Assembly: GCA_036339375.1 (NCBI GenBank)
Contig: JAYZBC010000078.1
Span: 2,167 to 66,166 of the forward strand
Reading direction: 5' to 3'
Source: Pseudomonadota bacterium
GTDB lineage: Bacteria > Pseudomonadota > Alphaproteobacteria > MPNO01 > UBA2964
Length of the DNA: 64,000 nucleotides
A program made the position numbers and the translations under genes. Positions 61,746 through 64,000 of this stretch are shown here, one piece after another. The first letter of the stretch is position 1. The number at the start of each line of letters is the position of its first letter. Below the pieces are notes generated by a model. The model had not been told where the DNA came from, made no database searches, and saw only the letters and a program-made list of their open reading frames with translations.

Positions 61746-62513
61746 TTGTTTGAAACCCATTTCCTTGGCGTACCAGACATAAACGGCCTGATTTTTGCCT
61801 GTCTGTCGCTTGCCTCTTTTGGTGGTGCTTTTATCGCAGTAGTAATGGGGGTTGGGGGGGGGGTATTTTTGCTTGCCGTCATGGCAATGTTTTTTCCACC
61901 TGCAATTTTAATTCCTTTGCAGGGTATTGTTACACTGGGGACGGGTGCTAGCTTAATTGCTCTTATGTGGCGACACCTGTTGTGGGCTACCCTCCTTCCG
62001 TTCGGTTGTGGTGCTATTTTAGGGGCAGCGCTTGGGGCTAAAATATTTATAGTACTGCCCACTACTGTCCTCCAAGGATTAATTGGGGGTTTCATTTTGT
62101 TCCTGACCTGGCTGCCAAAGATATCTAGTCAAGGTTCAGAATCTAAACGTTTTGCCTTGCTGGGTGGAATCTCTACTTTTCTTGGTATGTTTGTTGGTGC
62201 TACGGGGGTCTTGGTAGCACCCTTTGTAGCGAGTGCCTCACCTAGTCGTCAAAATCACACGGTCACCCTTACTACCCTAATGTCTATCAGCTACGTCATC
62301 AGAATTGTGGCTTTTGGATTATTGGGTGTCTCTTTAAGCGAATATATCCCGTTAATCGTAGTAATGATTGTGACGGCGGCAATCGGCAATTGGATCGGGG
62401 GTAGAACGCTTAGCTTAATACCTGAGAAAATGTTTCGTAGAGGTTTTCAAATAGTTCTAACATTGCTAGCGCTACGCCTTCTATGGGTTGCTGCTACCGG
62501 CAGCCCTTTGTAA
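61746..62513 (+). CDS. TauE/SafE family sulfite-exporter-like membrane protein (DUF81)
   Basis: A 255-aa protein with two 4-TM repeats bearing Gly-rich GxGGG motifs. Confidence 0.65.
   Translation: MFETHFLGVPDINGLIFACLSLASFGGAFIAVVMGVGGGVFLLAVMAMFFPPAILIPLQGIVTLGTGASLIALMWRHLLWATLLPFGCGAILGAALGAKIFIVLPTTVLQGLIGGFILFLTWLPKISSQGSESKRFALLGGISTFLGMFVGATGVLVAPFVASASPSRQNHTVTLTTLMSISYVIRIVAFGLLGVSLSEYIPLIVVMIVTAAIGNWIGGRTLSLIPEKMFRRGFQIVLTLLALRLLWVAATGSPL
61854..61863 (+). repeat. G10 homopolymeric tract inside tauE (codons GGG GGG GGG G)
   Basis: Ten consecutive G are readable directly in the sequence. The tract is exceptional for a ~40% GC genome. Confidence 0.9.
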
Positions 62514-62595
62514 TTATTTTTATGCCAAATGACGTATAAAACAGGAATTAAATTAGGATGTGTTGTTTGAACCTGAAAAAAGAAGGAGAGGAAGG

Positions 62596-63171
62596 ATGGA
62601 AATTCGGCGGTTGTATACAGTGGTAGAGGAGACACTTCATGACAAGGAACAGGTTCGGAGGAAACCATTACGTAAGGTGGCAGTGGTGGCGGTGATCAGA
62701 AACCCGCATGCTGGTAGAGGATATGTGGAAGATTTAAGTGACTTGACCAACGGAAGTGTTAACCTGGGTACCCAGATCGCTAAGATGGGCGCCAAACAGA
62801 TGGAACCGTATGACACGGAATCATATGGCAAGGCGGCGTTAGTTGGCTCAGCTGGTGAACAGGAACACGGAGTTGCTTGTCTGACGACAGTATACGGCAA
62901 CGTGCTGCGTGATGCCGTTGGGGGTGGCAAAGCTTGGATATCTTCAATCACTAAACGAGTGCACCCTGGAGAAACAGTCGACATTCCGCTAGCTCACAAA
63001 GACGCGCTGTTCGTCCGTTCACATTATGACGGTATGACAATCATGGTTCCAGATGCTCCACTGTCAGATGAGATATGTATAATTTGTTGTTTTGCTAATA
63101 GGGGACGTCTAAACCACAGGGTAGGTGGACCAAGCAAAAACGAAATTATTGGGGAAGATGGGCTGAGATAA
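62596..63171 (+). CDS. Amino-acid-synthesis family protein (DUF1185/AA_synth)
   Basis: Starts MEIRRLYTVVEET and has RKVAVVAVIRNPHAG. A strong AAGGAG precedes the ATG. Confidence 0.55.
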   Translation: MEIRRLYTVVEETLHDKEQVRRKPLRKVAVVAVIRNPHAGRGYVEDLSDLTNGSVNLGTQIAKMGAKQMEPYDTESYGKAALVGSAGEQEHGVACLTTVYGNVLRDAVGGGKAWISSITKRVHPGETVDIPLAHKDALFVRSHYDGMTIMVPDAPLSDEICIICCFANRGRLNHRVGGPSKNEIIGEDGLR

Positions 63172-63355
63172 AGAGCAAAAAGGGAAATAGTGTTTAGTGG
63201 AAAATAGTAATTGTATCTTGTTCAAGTTCTCTTTTGGCCCTTTTCAATATTAATCCAGCCTAACGTTATGTTTTCCAACGTAGAAACGTAATGACAATAA
63301 AATCATTCCTCAAAATTTTTTATACTTAAGAGACAACTCACCTCTAGAGCACGGG

Positions 63356-64000
63356 TCAACCCCGGTGACGCTCTTTGTTAGTGTTATAATAAGTAGCCCC
63401 AAATATTATTGCCGCTCCCATAATTGTCCAAATATCGATTGCTTCATCAAATAGGAATAACCCAGCGACCACGGCAAACGGTAAACGCAGAAAATCGAAA
63501 GGCAGTACGAAGCTGGCGTCTGCAGCTGAAAAGGCTCGGTTCATACAGCTTTGTGCAAGAACATTTAACACCGCCACACCCACTAACATTGCCCATTGGA
63601 GTGTAGTTGGTTCAACCCATTTGAATAAGCATGGGATCGCGAAAGCGGCTGCAGTGAACGCACTTACGTAAAATACTATAGCGGCTGACGTTTCAGTACG
63701 TACCAGAATTTTGGTTTGTATCCCTGTTCCAGCATAGGCAAGCGCAGAAAATAAAACCACCAATGAGACAGCATCAACCGCCTCTATTCCGGGTCGTAAT
63801 ATCACCAATGTGCCCAGAAATCCAATTATTGTCACCGCTCCGCGATGGATATTTATTCTTTCCCGTAAAAAGTATGCTGCCAGAATTATGCCAAACAAAG
63901 GAAGAGTAAAATGTAGGGCAACTGCTTCAGCCAATTGGATACGCGCAATTGCGTAAATCCAGGTTACCAATCCTATGCTCGTTAGTGCTCCACGTCCCAT
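63356..64000 (-). CDS. DMT/EamA-like transporter, 3' part (N-terminus beyond the window edge)
   Basis: A TM-rich protein with EamA-like repeats. The reading frame is open to the window end. Confidence 0.5.
   Translation of the reverse strand: MGRGALTSIGLVTWIYAIARIQLAEAVALHFTLPLFGIILAAYFLRERINIHRGAVTIIGFLGTLVILRPGIEAVDAVSLVVLFSALAYAGTGIQTKILVRTETSAAIVFYVSAFTAAAFAIPCLFKWVEPTTLQWAMLVGVAVLNVLAQSCMNRAFSAADASFVLPFDFLRLPFAVVAGLFLFDEAIDIWTIMGAAIIFGATYYNTNKERHRG

Noticed and set aside
1-64000. Search for CRISPR arrays, retron or DGR reverse transcriptases, integrases, transposases and toxin-antitoxin pairs
   Set aside because: No non-coding stretch exceeds about 370 bp and none contains regularly spaced repeats. 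No ORF has RT, recombinase, Cas or typical toxin/antitoxin motifs. Nothing supports a mobile or defence element apart from the lone DUF45 gene.

Overview
This is a densely coding chromosomal window (about 63 CDS, one tRNA, no rRNA, no CRISPR array, no integrase or transposase) with moderate-to-low GC. It most likely comes from a streamlined alphaproteobacterium. The evidence for that is a DUF1476 F-ATPase zeta-inhibitor gene, the purS-purQ-purL-bolA-grxD synteny, a monocistronic rpsD and a class II DAHP synthase. Housekeeping genes present are map, purC, purB, purS, purQ, purL, bolA, grxD, rpsD, cysS, nadE, a leuA/cimA-type synthase, gor, aroG class II and a SpoU-type methyltransferase. Between them sit accessory catabolic modules. 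The first is three tandem MFS_3 (EntS-like) transporters beside tRNA-Leu(TAA). The second is a three-gene tandem array of meta-cleavage-product-type alpha/beta hydrolases plus an amidase and an orphan hydrolase, lodged between purC and purB. The third is a Rieske alpha/beta oxygenase with a gamma-CA-like protein and an amidohydrolase_2. The fourth is a long minus-strand operon of aldehyde dehydrogenase, MFS, 6PGDH-like, epimerase, lone Rieske oxygenase and DapA-like protein. The fifth, at 49-61 kb, contains a second Rieske alpha/beta pair, an FAD dehydrogenase, HpcH aldolase, TauD, FAH, an FMN hydroxy-acid dehydrogenase, amidohydrolase_2, a PNPOx-like protein and a two-domain VOC. No transcription factor, ferredoxin or oxygenase reductase is recognisable anywhere in the window. 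Small-scale signals are a G10 tract inside tauE, four GGTTCT direct repeats in the FAH/TauD divergent promoter, a perfect 9-bp inverted repeat upstream of an MFS gene, a 14-bp palindrome upstream of purC, and a low-GC DUF45 metallopeptidase gene inside the catabolic cluster.
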